This document shows, in pieces, positions 49,111 to 60,198 of a stretch of 64,000 bases of DNA. The notes below the pieces were generated by a model. That model did no database searches. It had not been told where the DNA came from and was given only the letters and a program-made list of their open reading frames with translations. Source of the stretch: Paracoccaceae bacterium (lineage in GTDB: Bacteria; Pseudomonadota; Alphaproteobacteria; Rhodobacterales; Rhodobacteraceae). The stretch covers positions 40,932-104,931 of the forward strand of contig WGNF01000014.1 of the NCBI GenBank assembly GCA_016124615.1, read 5' to 3'. The stretch's first letter is position 1; every line of letters starts with the position of its first letter. The position numbers were made by a program, and so were the translations under genes.

Positions 49111-50874
49111 ATGGCAGAACGCGGCACGGCAGGCGGGCGGCAGGGCGACGGATGGACCTTGCGAAAGGCCCGTCTGGCGAATCGCTGGCGTGCGCGCATG
49201 GCCACGCTGGCGCGCCCGGCGACCGGCTTCGTCTCGCAGCCCGAGCCGCGCACCATCGGCAGCTTCGCCCGGGGCCGGCAACTGGTCGCCGGAAATTTCC
49301 TGCTCGCCGGTTACCTGATCGAGGGGCCGGGGGTCGGTATCTGGGATTTGCCGATGCCGGATCCCGGCTTCGAGGAGGCGCTGCACGGCTTTGCCTGGAT
49401 GGATGATCTGGCCGCCGTGGGCGATGGCGCGGCGCGGATGCGGGCGCAAGCCTGGGTGTTCGACTGGATCGCGCGCTATGGCCGTGGGCGCGGACCGGGC
49501 TGGACGCCCGACCTGACCGGGCGGCGGTTGATCCGCTGGATCAACCACGCGTTGTTCCTGCTGTCGGGCCAGCAGCGCCCGGCGGCCGAGGCGTATTTTC
49601 GCAGTCTGGCGCAGCAGACCAATTTCCTGTCGCGGCGCTGGGCCGCCGCCTCGCCCGGCCTGCCGCGGTTCGAGGCGCTGACCGGCCTGATCTATGCCGG
49701 TCTGGCGCTGACCGGGATGGAAAAGCACGTTGCCACCGCCACCGAGGCGCTGGCGCGCGAATGCCGGGCGCAGATCGACGCCGAGGGCGGTATTCCGACA
49801 CGCAACCCCGAGGAATTGCTGGAGGTTTTCACGCTGCTGACCTGGGCCGCGCAGGCGCTGGCCGAGGCCGGGCGGATGGCCCCCGCGTCGCATCAGGCGG
49901 CGATCGAGCGCATTGCGCCCACGCTGCGCGCACTGCGCCATTCGGATGGCGGGCTGGCGCGGTTTCACGGTGGCGGGCGCGGGCTGGAAGGGCGTCTGGA
50001 TCACGCGCTGGCCAGTTCGGGGGTGCGGGCGACGCAACCGGCCGGGCTGGCGATGGGCTTTGCGCGGTTGTCGGGCGGGCGGACCAGCGTGATCGTCGAT
50101 GCCGCCGCGCCGCCAGAGGCTGCCGCTTCGGCCAATGCCCACGCCTCGACGCTGGCGTTCGAACTCAGTTCCGGGCGGCGGCCGCTGATCGTCAATTGCG
50201 GCTCTGGCGCGCCGTTCGGGCCCGACTGGCGCCGCGCCGGGCGGGCGACGCCGTCGCATACGACGCTGGCGATCGAGGGGTTTTCATCGTCGCGGCTGGG
50301 GCCCGTGGTGTCTGCGGCGGGCAGCGCGCGCGAACCGCTTCTGGACCGCGCCGCGATCATCCATCTGCGGCTGGAGCCGGGACCGGCGGGGCAGGGGCTG
50401 CTGGCGGGCCACAACGGCTATGTGGCCACGCATGGGCTGACCCATATGCGCGGGCTCTACCTTGCCGCCGACGGCCGGATGCTGACCGGCGAGGATACGC
50501 TGGGCGCCATGACCGAGGCGGAACAGGCGCGGTTGCGGGTGGTGACGGCGAAAAACGGCCCGGTGCGGTTCGCCATCCGCTTTCACCTGCATCCGGATGT
50601 GGACGCCGAAATTGATCTGGGCGGCACCGCCGTTTCGATGGCGCTGAAGAGTGGCGAGATCTGGGTGTTCCGGTTCGAGGGGGCGACGACGCTGAAGCTT
50701 GACCCGTCGGTCTATCTGGAAAAGGGCCGGTTGAAGCCGCGGGCGACGCGGCAGATCGTCCTTGCCGCCGAGGTTGCCGACAGTGCGAGCCAGATTCGCT
50801 GGACCTTGTCGAAGGCGCAGGATACCCCGCTGGCGATCCGCGACCTTGAGCGGGACGAGCCCGCGACCGACTGA
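49111..50874 (+). CDS. Heparinase II/III family protein
   Basis: [44 protein letters not shown]. Confidence 0.85.
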   Translation: MAERGTAGGRQGDGWTLRKARLANRWRARMATLARPATGFVSQPEPRTIGSFARGRQLVAGNFLLAGYLIEGPGVGIWDLPMPDPGFEEALHGFAWMDDLAAVGDGAARMRAQAWVFDWIARYGRGRGPGWTPDLTGRRLIRWINHALFLLSGQQRPAAEAYFRSLAQQTNFLSRRWAAASPGLPRFEALTGLIYAGLALTGMEKHVATATEALARECRAQIDAEGGIPTRNPEELLEVFTLLTWAAQALAEAGRMAPASHQAAIERIAPTLRALRHSDGGLARFHGGGRGLEGRLDHALASSGVRATQPAGLAMGFARLSGGRTSVIVDAAAPPEAAASANAHASTLAFELSSGRRPLIVNCGSGAPFGPDWRRAGRATPSHTTLAIEGFSSSRLGPVVSAAGSAREPLLDRAAIIHLRLEPGPAGQGLLAGHNGYVATHGLTHMRGLYLAADGRMLTGEDTLGAMTEAEQARLRVVTAKNGPVRFAIRFHLHPDVDAEIDLGGTAVSMALKSGEIWVFRFEGATTLKLDPSVYLEKGRLKPRATRQIVLAAEVADSASQIRWTLSKAQDTPLAIRDLERDEPATD

Positions 50875-50900
50875 CCCCTGACCGAAAGGACCACCCCGGG

Positions 50901-52490
50901 ATGACCGATCTTCTGCCGATCCGCCGCGCGCTTCTTTCCGTGTCCGACAAGACCGGCCTGCTTGATCTGGCGCGGGCACTGGCGGCGCGGGGGGTGGAGC
51001 TTCTGTCCACCGGCGGCAGCGCGGCGGAACTGCGCGCGGCCGGGCTGTCGGTGCGCGACGTGGCGGATGTGACCGGTTTTCCCGAAATGATGGACGGTCG
51101 GGTGAAGACGCTGCACCCGGCCGTGCATGGCGGCTTGCTGGCGCTGCGCGACGACCCGGCGCATCTGGCGGCGATGGCAGAGCATGGCATCGCGCCGATC
51201 GACCTTCTGGTGGTGAACCTCTACCCGTTCGAGGCGACGGTGGCGAAGGGCGCGGATTACGACACCTGCATCGAGAACATCGACATCGGCGGCCCGGCGA
51301 TGATTCGGGCGGCGGCGAAGAACCACGCCTTTGTTACCGTTCTGGTCGACGTGCAGGATTACGGCCCGCTGCTGGCCGAACTCGATGCCAACGACGACCG
51401 CACCAGCTATGCGTTCCGCCAACGGCAGGCGCAGATCGCCTATGCCCGCACGGCGGCCTATGATGCGGCGGTATCCTCGTGGATGGCGGGCGCCATCGGC
51501 GAGGCGGCGCCGCGGCGGCGAGCCTTCGCGGGCACGCTGGCGCAGACGCTGCGCTATGGCGAGAACCCGCATCAGGCGGCGGCCTTCTACCTTGACGGCT
51601 CCAACCGGCCCGGCGTCGCCACGGCAAAGCAATGGCAGGGCAAGGAACTGAGCTACAACAACATCAACGATACCGATGCCGCATTTGAACTGGTGGCAGA
51701 ATTCGCGCCCGGCGCTGGCCCCGCCTGCGCCATCATCAAGCACGCCAACCCCTGCGGCGTGGCGCGCGGGGCCACCCTGCTGGAGGCTTACCAGCGGGCC
51801 TATGACTGCGATCGCACCTCGGCCTTTGGCGGGATCGTGGCGCTGAACCAGCCGCTGGATGCCGCGACGGCGGAAGAGATCGTGAAGATTTTCACCGAGG
51901 TGGTGATTGCGCCCGACGCATCTGAGGCGGCGAAGGCGGTGTTCGCCGCCAAGAAGAACCTGCGCCTGCTGACCACTGGCGCGCTGTCCGACCCGCTGGC
52001 CGACGGGCTGACCTTCCGGCAGGTGGCGGGCGGGTTTCTGGTGCAGGACCGCGACAACGGTCATATCGGCGCCGCCGATCTGAAGGTGGTGACCCGGCGC
52101 GCGCCGACAGCGGCGGAAATCGCCGACCTGCTCTTTGCCTGGAACGTTGCCAAACACGTGAAATCGAACGCGATCGTCTATGTCAAAGGCGGTGCCACGG
52201 TCGGCGTCGGTGCCGGGCAGATGAGCCGCGTCGATTCGACCCGCATCGCCGCCCGCAAGTCCGAGGATATGGCGGCGGCGCTGGGGCTGGCCGAAACGCC
52301 CGCCAAGGGCGCGGTTGTCGCCTCGGATGCGTTCTTTCCCTTCCCCGACGGTCTGCTGGCCGCGGCCGAGGCGGGGGCCACGGCGGTGATCCAGCCCGGC
52401 GGCTCGATGAACGACGCGGCGGTGATCGCGGCGGCGGATGCGGCGGGGCTGGCGATGGTGTTCACCGGCCAACGCCATTTCCGGCACTGA
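50901..52490 (+). CDS. purH: Bifunctional AICAR transformylase/IMP cyclohydrolase
   Basis: [53 protein letters not shown]. Confidence 0.98.
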   Translation: MTDLLPIRRALLSVSDKTGLLDLARALAARGVELLSTGGSAAELRAAGLSVRDVADVTGFPEMMDGRVKTLHPAVHGGLLALRDDPAHLAAMAEHGIAPIDLLVVNLYPFEATVAKGADYDTCIENIDIGGPAMIRAAAKNHAFVTVLVDVQDYGPLLAELDANDDRTSYAFRQRQAQIAYARTAAYDAAVSSWMAGAIGEAAPRRRAFAGTLAQTLRYGENPHQAAAFYLDGSNRPGVATAKQWQGKELSYNNINDTDAAFELVAEFAPGAGPACAIIKHANPCGVARGATLLEAYQRAYDCDRTSAFGGIVALNQPLDAATAEEIVKIFTEVVIAPDASEAAKAVFAAKKNLRLLTTGALSDPLADGLTFRQVAGGFLVQDRDNGHIGAADLKVVTRRAPTAAEIADLLFAWNVAKHVKSNAIVYVKGGATVGVGAGQMSRVDSTRIAARKSEDMAAALGLAETPAKGAVVASDAFFPFPDGLLAAAEAGATAVIQPGGSMNDAAVIAAADAAGLAMVFTGQRHFRH

Positions 52491-52499
52491 GGGCAGGGC

Positions 52500-52991
52500 A
52501 TGAGGATCGCCGCCAAGACCGCGCTGGTCGCGCTTGCCATCGACCAGATCAGCAAGATCGCCGTGGTGCACGGCCTTGATCTGAAGGACCGGGTGACGAT
52601 CGACGTGATCCCGCCCTACCTGAATTTTCGCATGGCATGGAATCAGGGCGTCAACTTCGGCCTGCTGGCCAACAACGTCGACCTGATGCGGTGGGTGCTG
52701 ATCGCGGTGGCGCTGGCCATTGCGGTCTGGGTCTGGCGCTGGGTCGGGCACGAGGGGCATTCCGACGCCGCCAAGGTGGCGGCCGGGTTGCTGATCGGCG
52801 GCGCGCTCGGCAATGTGATCGACCGGGTGATCTATGGCGCGGTGGCGGATTTCCTGAATATGTCCTGCTGCGGATTCGATAACCCGTTCTCGTTCAACCT
52901 TGCCGATGTCGCGGTCTTCCTCGGCGCGGTCGGGCTGGTGCTGCTGACCGGGCGGCAGAACACCCGTGACGGGCCGGGATCAATGCGATAA
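52500..52991 (+). CDS. lspA: Signal peptidase II
   Basis: [35 protein letters not shown]. Confidence 0.95.
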   Translation: MRIAAKTALVALAIDQISKIAVVHGLDLKDRVTIDVIPPYLNFRMAWNQGVNFGLLANNVDLMRWVLIAVALAIAVWVWRWVGHEGHSDAAKVAAGLLIGGALGNVIDRVIYGAVADFLNMSCCGFDNPFSFNLADVAVFLGAVGLVLLTGRQNTRDGPGSMR

Positions 52992-53023
52992 AGACGAACG
53001 GAGACGGGGTTGTGGAGGCTTAC

Positions 53024-53566
53024 ATGCGGGCAGCGCACGGCAAATTCGGGATCGCCTTGGCGGCGGTTCTGGTGCTGGCCGGGTGTGGCGGCGATCGCCA
53101 GCCGCACCTGATGAACCTGCGCTCGCAGAGCCATAGCCCGGACGAGTTCGCGATTCTGCCCTCGAAGCCGCTCGCCATGCCGACAGACCTGTCGGCGCTG
53201 CCCGCGCCGACGCCGGGGGGCAGCAACCTTGCCGACCCGACGCCGGATGCGGATGCGGTTGCGGCGCTTGGCGGCAAGCCCGGCGCGATGAAGGCCGGCG
53301 GTGTGCCGGTGGCCGATGGGGCGCTGGTGGCCGCGGCCGACCGCTACGGCGTGTCGCCCACGATCCGCGCCGATCTGGATGCCGCGGACCTGAAATTCCG
53401 CCAGAATCACAATGGTCGGTTGCTCGACAAGCTGTTCGGCCACACGGTCTATTTCCAGGCCTACAAGAATATGACGCTGGACCAATACGCCGAACTGGCG
53501 CGCTGGCGGGCGGTGGGCCTTGCCACGCCAAGCGCCCCGCCGAAGGGCGTGACGCCGCCCAACTGA
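53024..53566 (+). CDS. DUF3035 family lipoprotein
   Basis: Lipobox LAGC, PDEFAILPSKPL. Confidence 0.8.
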   Translation: MRAAHGKFGIALAAVLVLAGCGGDRQPHLMNLRSQSHSPDEFAILPSKPLAMPTDLSALPAPTPGGSNLADPTPDADAVAALGGKPGAMKAGGVPVADGALVAAADRYGVSPTIRADLDAADLKFRQNHNGRLLDKLFGHTVYFQAYKNMTLDQYAELARWRAVGLATPSAPPKGVTPPN

Positions 53567-53626
53567 CCGGGTGTGACGCCGGGATGACGGTGGCCGAATC
53601 TCTCTCGGCATGCTAGTTCTGGTGGC

Positions 53627-55441
53627 ATGAACGCCGAAAACCCCCAGATAAGCCCCGCGCGCCCGGTCATCCGGCAGCTCGACGAGGGCGCAATCAACCG
53701 CATCGCCGCTGGCGAGGTGGTGGAACGGCCTGCCTCGGCGGTAAAGGAACTGGTGGAAAACGCGCTCGATGCCGGGGCGCGGCGGGTGTCGGTGGATTAT
53801 GCCGACGGCGGCAAGACGCTGATCCGGGTGACCGATGACGGCTGCGGCATGAGCGGCGCCGACCTGCCGCTGGCGCTGGCGCGCCATGCCACGTCGAAGA
53901 TCGACGGCTCGGACCTGCTGAACATCCACAGTTTCGGTTTTCGCGGCGAGGCGCTGCCCTCGCTCGGGGCGGTCGGGCGGCTGAGCATCACCTCGCGCGC
54001 GGCGGGCGAGGACGCGGCGCGGATCGAGGTGACGGGGGGCCGGGTCGGGCCGGTCACGCCCGCGGCGCTGACGCGCGGCACCGTGGTGGAACTGCGCGAT
54101 CTCTTTTGCGCAACGCCCGCGCGGCTGAAGTTCCTGCGCAGCGACCGGGCCGAGGCGCAGGCGCTGGGCGAGGTGATCCGGCGGCTGGCGATGGCCGAGC
54201 CCTTCGTCAGCTTCCGGCTGACCGACCAGAGCGAGGGCGGCGAGGGCCGCGTGACGTTCCGCGCCGACGCGGGCACGGGCGATCTGTTCGACGCGCTGCA
54301 CGGGCGGCTCGCGGTGGTGCTGGGCACCGAGTTCGCCGAAAACGCCCTGCGGCTGGAGATGGAGCGGGAGGGGCTGCACCTGACCGGCTATGCCGCGCTG
54401 CCGACTTACTCGCGCGGCTCGTCGGTGCAACAGTACCTGTTTGTGAACGGTCGCCCGGTGCAGGACCGGATGCTGTATGGCGCCCTGCGCGCTGCCTATG
54501 CCGACTTTCTCAGCCGCGACCGCCATCCGGCGGCGGTGCTGTTCCTGACCTGCGACCCGCAACTGGTCGATGTGAACGTTCATCCGGCCAAGTCCGAGGT
54601 GCGATTTCGCGACCCCGCCCCGGCGCGCGGGCTGATCGTCTCGGGCCTGCGGCGGGCGTTGGCGGGGGCTGGGCATCGGGCCTCATCCACCGTCGGGGCC
54701 GCCACGCTGGATGCGCTGCGGCCCGAGCCGCGGATCTACCAGATGGAGCGGCCCAGCTTGGGCGCCCTTCGCGCGGCTTCCCAATGGCAGGCGCCGGTGA
54801 CCGGCTTTGCCGAACCGCCCTCGGCCCGGATCGAGCCGCCGATGGACGCTGCCGCCGAGGCGCGCCCGCTGGGCGCGGCGCGGGCGCAGGTGCACGAGAA
54901 CTACATCATCGCGCAGACCGAGACCGGGATCGTCATCGTCGACCAGCACGCTGCGCATGAACGGCTGGTCTACGAGCGGCTGAAGCGGCAGATGGCAGAG
55001 AAGGGCATCGCCGCGCAGGCGCTGTTGATCCCTGAAATCGTTGAGCTTTCCGAAGCCGAGGCGGGGCGGCTGATCGACATGGCCGACGACTTGGCGCGGC
55101 TTGGGCTGAGTGTCGAGCCGTTCGGGCGCGGCGCCGTAGCGGTGCGCGAGACGCCGGCGATTCTGGGGCAGGTGAACGTGCGCGGGTTGCTGCGCGACAT
55201 CCTTGACGATCTGGCCGAGGCGGGCGACAGCCGCAATGTGCAGGCCCGTATCGACGCCGTGCTAAGCCGGATGGCCTGCCACGGCTCCGTGCGGTCCGGC
55301 CGCCAGATGCGCGCCGAAGAGATGAACGCGCTGCTGCGCGAGATGGAGGCGACGCCGCATTCGGGCCAGTGCAACCACGGCCGCCCGACCTATGTGGAAC
55401 TGCGACTGGCCGATATCGAACGCTTGTTCGGCCGCACATGA
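53627..55441 (+). CDS. mutL: DNA mismatch repair protein MutL
   Basis: [56 protein letters not shown]. Confidence 0.98.
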   Translation: MNAENPQISPARPVIRQLDEGAINRIAAGEVVERPASAVKELVENALDAGARRVSVDYADGGKTLIRVTDDGCGMSGADLPLALARHATSKIDGSDLLNIHSFGFRGEALPSLGAVGRLSITSRAAGEDAARIEVTGGRVGPVTPAALTRGTVVELRDLFCATPARLKFLRSDRAEAQALGEVIRRLAMAEPFVSFRLTDQSEGGEGRVTFRADAGTGDLFDALHGRLAVVLGTEFAENALRLEMEREGLHLTGYAALPTYSRGSSVQQYLFVNGRPVQDRMLYGALRAAYADFLSRDRHPAAVLFLTCDPQLVDVNVHPAKSEVRFRDPAPARGLIVSGLRRALAGAGHRASSTVGAATLDALRPEPRIYQMERPSLGALRAASQWQAPVTGFAEPPSARIEPPMDAAAEARPLGAARAQVHENYIIAQTETGIVIVDQHAAHERLVYERLKRQMAEKGIAAQALLIPEIVELSEAEAGRLIDMADDLARLGLSVEPFGRGAVAVRETPAILGQVNVRGLLRDILDDLAEAGDSRNVQARIDAVLSRMACHGSVRSGRQMRAEEMNALLREMEATPHSGQCNHGRPTYVELRLADIERLFGRT

Positions 55442-56607
55442 TCACGATCGGTGGGCATCAGGTGGCGATGGACGATCCGATGGCGATCGCGGGACTTGCG
55501 GCGGCGGGTCTGGTGCTTTTGCTGCTGATCCTTGTCCTGCGCGCGGCCGCCCGGTCGGCGCGGCTGACGGAACCCTTGCTCTATCAGATGAATCAGGTCG
55601 GCCACCGCGTTCAGCAACTGTCGGACGGCCAGCAGCAGTTGGCGGGCGGCCTGCATCACGTTTCCGAAGCGCAGGCCCACGCGCAAAGCGCGATGCTGAA
55701 GGTGATGGAATCCCGTCTGGCCGAGGTCAGCGCGCGGATGACCGAGAACCTGTCCGGTTCCGCCACGCGCACCGCCCGCAGCCTTGGCGAGTTGCAGCAG
55801 CGGCTGGAAACGATCGACAAGGCGCAGGCGAATATCGAGAAGCTGTCGGGCAACGTGCTGAGCTTGCAGGATATTCTGTCGAACAAGCAGACCCGCGGCG
55901 CATTTGGCGAGATTCAGTTGCATGACATCGTGCAGAAGGCGCTGCCCTCGGACGCCTATACGATGCAGGCGACGCTGTCGAACGGGCGGCGGGCCGATTG
56001 CCTGATCCACCTGCCGAACCCGCCAGGGCCGATCGTCGTCGACTCCAAGTTCCCGCTGGAGGCTTACGAGGCGCTGCGGCGGGCCTCGACCCAGTCGGAA
56101 CTGGCCGAAGCCGCGCGGAATATGAGAACGGCCGTTCGCTCACATATCCGCGCGATTTCGGAGCGCTACATTCTGGAAGGCGAGACCGCCGACGGGGCAC
56201 TGATGTTCCTGCCCTCCGAAGCGGTCTATGCGGAGTTACACGCAAATTTCCCCGAGGTCGTGCGGGAGGGGTTCACGGCGCGGGTCTGGATCGTGTCGCC
56301 GACCACCTGCATGGCGACGCTGAACACCATGCGCGCGGTGCTGAAGGATGCGCGGATGCGCGAACAGGCCGGGGCGATCCGGCGAGAGTTGCACCTGCTG
56401 TTTGAGGATGTGCGGCGTCTGGGCGAACGGGTGGAGCGGCTGGACAGCCATTTCAGCCAGGCGCAGAACGACGTGCGAGAGATCCGGGTGTCATCGGACA
56501 AGGCGGCACGGCGGGCGCTGCGGCTCGACAATTTCGACTTCGAAGAATTGTCGCCCGATCCGGTGGCGTCGGTGGCGGCTGATCTGGTCGCCAAGAAAGA
56601 CGCATGA
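55438..56607 (+). CDS. rmuC: DNA recombination protein RmuC
   Basis: N-terminal TM, coiled coil, [28 protein letters not shown]. Confidence 0.92.
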   Translation: MITIGGHQVAMDDPMAIAGLAAAGLVLLLLILVLRAAARSARLTEPLLYQMNQVGHRVQQLSDGQQQLAGGLHHVSEAQAHAQSAMLKVMESRLAEVSARMTENLSGSATRTARSLGELQQRLETIDKAQANIEKLSGNVLSLQDILSNKQTRGAFGEIQLHDIVQKALPSDAYTMQATLSNGRRADCLIHLPNPPGPIVVDSKFPLEAYEALRRASTQSELAEAARNMRTAVRSHIRAISERYILEGETADGALMFLPSEAVYAELHANFPEVVREGFTARVWIVSPTTCMATLNTMRAVLKDARMREQAGAIRRELHLLFEDVRRLGERVERLDSHFSQAQNDVREIRVSSDKAARRALRLDNFDFEELSPDPVASVAADLVAKKDA

Positions 56608-57137
56608 TGCGGCACCTGACGCCCGCCGACTACCGCAGGATGCCTTGGGCGAACGGGCGCGGCGTTACCGTCGAGCTGTGGCGCGAGGAGGTGGCGGGGC
56701 AGCTTTCGCTGCGCCTGTCGATGGCGACGGTGGCGGAAGACGGGCCGTTTTCGCTGTTTCCGGGCATCGACCGGGTGTTGACGGTGATTTCCGGGCCCGG
56801 CTTCGATCTGCTGGGCGAAGGGCTGCGGCTGCGGGCAGACCTGCTCTGCCCGGTCGCGTTTCCCGGCGACGTGGCCTTGGCGGCCGTTGGCGTGACAGGC
56901 AGCAGCGAGGATTTCAACGTGATGACCGCGCGGGGCGGGCTGCGCGCGGGTGTCGAGGTTCTGACCGCGGGCGGCAGCTTCGATGCAAAGCGGGTGTTCG
57001 TTTTCGCGCTGGGTCCAACCGACCTGCTGGCCGAAGGAACGTCACTTCACCTGTCAACGCATGACCTGGTTGAGACGGCGGGCAGGGGCCTCATCGAGGC
57101 GGGCGGTCCGGTCCTTGCCGCCGCCCTCGACGGGTGA
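56604..57137 (+). CDS. HutD/Ves family protein
   Basis: MPWANGRGVT, RLSMATV, FSLFPGIDRVL, DFNVM. Confidence 0.85.
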   Translation: MMRHLTPADYRRMPWANGRGVTVELWREEVAGQLSLRLSMATVAEDGPFSLFPGIDRVLTVISGPGFDLLGEGLRLRADLLCPVAFPGDVALAAVGVTGSSEDFNVMTARGGLRAGVEVLTAGGSFDAKRVFVFALGPTDLLAEGTSLHLSTHDLVETAGRGLIEAGGPVLAAALDG

Positions 57138-57145
57138 ACGCTTGT

Positions 57146-57790
57146 TCAGATATGAAGGAACGGCTGGAGGATCCGCACCAGTAACGACCGATAGCGCAGC
57201 GGCGCCTCGGTCGCGGTCAGGCAGATACAGGGCGCGCCGGGCTCGGCAACGGGCCTGTGCGTCAGCTCCTCGGCAGAGGTCTCGACATCACCGGGGGCGA
57301 AGTGCCCGGTTTCGTCACGAAAGGCGCCTTTCAGCACCAGCGTCAGTTCGATGCCGCGGTGGCTGTGATCCGGCACCGCCGAGCCTGCGGGAAGGTAGAC
57401 CAGCCGGGCCGTGGCCGCCTTGTCGGCGCACAGCACCGCCTGACGGGCGCCGCCGCTGATCGGGCGCCATCGCACCGCATCAAGGCCGCCGCCGACGTAA
57501 TCGACCACCGGCTTTGGCAGCACCGCATCCTTGCAGCATTCGGGCCGCCGGGGCGCATCGCCCCGCGCGATGCGGGCCAGCGTCGCCGCCAGACAGCCAT
57601 CGGATACCTTGACGGCGCTGCATCGTTCCAGCACCGCGCCGCCCACGGCGTCGAAGGCACTGAGCGTGGTGCGGCAACCGTCACACATCGACACATGGGC
57701 GGCCACGACCAGTGCGAAGGCCTCGGGCAGTGTTCCCGCCGAATAGGCGATCAGCATCTCGTCCGAGATATGATGTTTGGTGGCTTTCAT
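57146..57790 (-). CDS. chrR: Anti-sigma factor ChrR
   Basis: His6/His31/Cys35/Cys38 zinc ligands (KHH...AAHVSMCDGC) and cupin HSHRGIE...H. Confidence 0.93.
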   Translation of the reverse strand: MKATKHHISDEMLIAYSAGTLPEAFALVVAAHVSMCDGCRTTLSAFDAVGGAVLERCSAVKVSDGCLAATLARIARGDAPRRPECCKDAVLPKPVVDYVGGGLDAVRWRPISGGARQAVLCADKAATARLVYLPAGSAVPDHSHRGIELTLVLKGAFRDETGHFAPGDVETSAEELTHRPVAEPGAPCICLTATEAPLRYRSLLVRILQPFLHI

Positions 57791-57797
57791 GCGTCTT

Positions 57798-58343
57798 TCA
57801 CGTCATCTGTTGGCGCAGGCGTTCCAGCGCCAGCCGCAGCCGCGACTTGATCGTTCCAAGCGGCAATCCGGTCTGGGCCGCGATCTCGCTGTGCGACAGG
57901 TCGCCGAAATAGGCCCGTTCGATCAGGTCGCGCTGCTTCTCGGGCAGCAGCGCGATGGCCTGCCCCAGCCGGGCCGATTCCTGTTGCAGTTCCAGCGCCT
58001 CGGCCGGGTCGGGCTCGTCCTCGGGGCCCCAGAGCAGATCCTCCGGCTCGGGGCGGCGCGCTTTGCGCAGCGCGTCGATGCGGCGGTTGCGGGCGATGGT
58101 GAAAATCCAGGTGGCCACGCTGGCGCGGCCGGGGTCGAACATGTGCGCCTTGTGCCACAGGGTCGCCATCACGTCTTGCGTGCATTCCTCGGCCACCGCG
58201 TGGTCGGCGCCCGACTTCATCAGGAACGCTTTCACCCGCGGGGCGTAGTGAAGAAACAGGTCCGCGAAGGCCGCGCTGTCCTGATGGTCGCGGATGCGCA
58301 GCAACAGCTGAACCCCGTCGGTGTCGTCCATGCGTCCGTTCAT
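57798..58343 (-). CDS. rpoE: ECF sigma factor RpoE (singlet-oxygen type)
   Basis: RIRDHQDSAAFADLF, AEECTQDVMATLWHKA, WIFTIARNRRID, LPLGTIKSRLRLAL. Confidence 0.95.
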   Translation of the reverse strand: MNGRMDDTDGVQLLLRIRDHQDSAAFADLFLHYAPRVKAFLMKSGADHAVAEECTQDVMATLWHKAHMFDPGRASVATWIFTIARNRRIDALRKARRPEPEDLLWGPEDEPDPAEALELQQESARLGQAIALLPEKQRDLIERAYFGDLSHSEIAAQTGLPLGTIKSRLRLALERLRQQMT

Positions 58344-58459
58344 CCGTGCGCCAAGGCCGTTCGGCCACTGCGTGTCCTTTGCAATTGCAGCATAGGGACC
58401 ACCGCGAGGCGGCGCATCCGGAATCTGCAAAGGGCATGAGTCGCACAGCATGGGGGCAA

Positions 58460-58485
58460 TACGTGGAACTGACGCGATTGGATCA
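58460..58485 (-). promoter_or_regulatory. SigmaE-dependent autoregulatory promoter of rpoE-chrR
   Basis: TGATCC-N16-CGTA on the minus strand matches the R. sphaeroides sigmaE consensus. Confidence 0.85.
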
Positions 58486-58655
58486 CTTGCGCCCGTCGGG
58501 TGTGAAAGAGCGGAAGGGGGCGACAGGCTGCCACGCGGCAGGGTGTCGCAGGTTTCGCTTTGATATATGCGGAAAACGGCTAGTATTCGGGGCGGAGGAG
58601 ACGGGAAGGGGCGCGAATCGCCCCGCCCGGGTGGCAATCGGTGGAGGAGACCACG

Positions 58656-58835
58656 ATGAAATCTTGCTCGGTGATGTGTGTTGTCGGTTTTGGCGCAGTA
58701 CTGTGCTTTGGCTTCCTCGCGATCGCGGGTGCGGGCGAAGAGCCCACGAAATACACCATGATCAATGAGTTGCTGGCGGCTGGCGGCTTTGCGATGGGCC
58801 TGACGTCCTGGCTGCGCCTGCGCCGCGGCGCCTGA
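58656..58835 (+). CDS. Small two-TM hypothetical protein (59 aa)
   Basis: GGAGGAG RBS, two hydrophobic segments, followed by a terminator. Confidence 0.6.
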   Translation: MKSCSVMCVVGFGAVLCFGFLAIAGAGEEPTKYTMINELLAAGGFAMGLTSWLRLRRGA

Positions 58836-58850
58836 TCCGGCGACGCAATG

Positions 58851-58885
58851 AAAAAGGCCGCCGGGCTTGCGCGCGGCGGCTTTTT
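58851..58885. terminator. Bidirectional intrinsic terminator
   Basis: AAAAAG-GCCGCC...GGCGGC-TTTTT between the small ORF and rpmJ. Confidence 0.75.
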
Positions 58886-58905
58886 GCATCGGCATGTCGG
58901 GCAAA

Positions 58906-59031
58906 TCAGCCCTGACGTGCCTTGAAACGCTTCTGGGTCTTGTTGATCACATAGACCCGACCCTTGCGGCGCACGATCTGACAGTCGCGGTGACGCGCCT
59001 TCAGCGAGCGGAGCGAATTTCTGACCTTCAT
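58906..59031 (-). CDS. rpmJ: 50S ribosomal protein L36 (Zn-free C-minus type)
   Basis: Translated by hand: [41 protein letters not shown]. Confidence 0.96.
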   Translation of the reverse strand: MKVRNSLRSLKARHRDCQIVRRKGRVYVINKTQKRFKARQG

Positions 59032-59112
59032 CGGTCTTCTCCTGATCCCGGCGCGCGTGCGCCATGAAAAAAACATTTACCATCGGCGCTTGCGCGACCC
59101 GAAGGCGGTGGA

Positions 59113-59187
59113 TGGTGGGCGCGACAGGGATCGAACCTGTGACCACTACGATGTCAACGTAGTGCTCTACCGCTGAGCTACGCGCCC
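59113..59187 (-). tRNA. tRNA-Val(GAC)
   Basis: GGGCGCGTAGCTCAGCGGTAGAGCACTACGTTGACATCGTAGTGGTCACAGGTTCGATCCCTGTCGCGCCCACCA; cloverleaf with encoded CCA. Confidence 0.97.
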
Positions 59188-59334
59188 CGAACCGATCAAT
59201 TCCACCTGCCCCAAACAAAAGGGACGCGGGCGGAACCGCGTCGGTCCGCAGGTCTATAGAAGGAGTCGCCAGCCTGTTCAAGAGGTTTTGGCAACGCCGA
59301 ATTTCTCGCTATAACAAAGGCGGAAGGAGTCCCG

Positions 59335-60198
59335 ATGACCCATCCCGCCTACGATCTTTTCCTGCCGGACGTGCCATCGTCGCCGCTGGTCTTTGCGTCG
59401 CCGCACAGCGGCCGAGAGTATCCGGCGGCGTTCCTTGCGGCCAGCGTGCTGGACGAGCATGTGATCCGGTCATCCGAGGATGCGTTTGTCGATCTGCTCT
59501 TTGCCGATGCGCCGCGGGCGGGGGCGCCGCTGCTGGTGGCCCGCGCGCCGCGCGCCTATGTCGACCTCAACCGCGCGATCGACGAGCTTGACCCCGCCGT
59601 GGTCGATCAGGCGCCGCGCGCGCCGATGAACCCGCGCATCGGTGCGGGGCTTGGGGTGATCCCGCGCGTGGTGGCAAACGGTCGCGCGATCTATCGCGGC
59701 AAGATCACGCTGGCCGCGGCGCGGGCGCGGCTGGATGCGGTCTGGGTGCCCTACCACGCCCGGCTTCAGGCCCTGTTGCGGGAAGCGCAGGCCCGGCACG
59801 GCGCGGCGATCCTGATCGACTGCCATTCGATGCCACACGAGGCGATCGACGGTTACTGGCACGCGGGCCGCGCCCGGCCCGAAGTGGTGTTGGGCGACCG
59901 CTTCGGCGCCGCCGCCGCGCCCGAGGTGATGGCAAGGGTCGAGGCCGCCTTTGTCGCCGAGGGCTTGCGGGTGGCGCGCAACGCACCCTTTGCCGGGGCC
60001 TATATCGCGCAGGCTTACGGGCAACCGGCGCGCGGCCAGCATGTCGTGCAGGTCGAGATCGACCGCGCGCTTTACATGGACGAGGCGGCGATCCGGCCCG
60101 GCCCCGGCTTCGATCTGGTGCGCCGGATGCTGGCCCGCGTCATCGACCGTCTTGCTGACGACCCCGGCCGCGCGACGCTGCCGCTGGCCGCCGAATGA
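59335..60198 (+). CDS. N-formylglutamate amidohydrolase family protein
   Basis: ASPHSGREYP, SEDAFVD, RAYVDLNR, DCHSMP, RNAPFAG, QVEIDRALY. Confidence 0.9.
   Translation: MTHPAYDLFLPDVPSSPLVFASPHSGREYPAAFLAASVLDEHVIRSSEDAFVDLLFADAPRAGAPLLVARAPRAYVDLNRAIDELDPAVVDQAPRAPMNPRIGAGLGVIPRVVANGRAIYRGKITLAAARARLDAVWVPYHARLQALLREAQARHGAAILIDCHSMPHEAIDGYWHAGRARPEVVLGDRFGAAAAPEVMARVEAAFVAEGLRVARNAPFAGAYIAQAYGQPARGQHVVQVEIDRALYMDEAAIRPGPGFDLVRRMLARVIDRLADDPGRATLPLAAE

Noticed and set aside
58561-58586. Possible divergent sigmaE promoter for the small ORF (TGATAT-N15-AGTA), and TGATCC at 58833
   Set aside because: The first has mismatches in both elements and the second lacks a CGTA -10; neither is supportable.
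58906-59031. Zn-free L36 as a zinc-starvation paralogue
   Set aside because: The C-minus form is the normal sole L36 in alphaproteobacteria, and no Zur box or L31 paralogue was seen.
59113-59187. tRNA-Val as a possible integration site
   Set aside because: No integrase, no duplicated tRNA 3' end and no GC shift; rpmJ follows directly.
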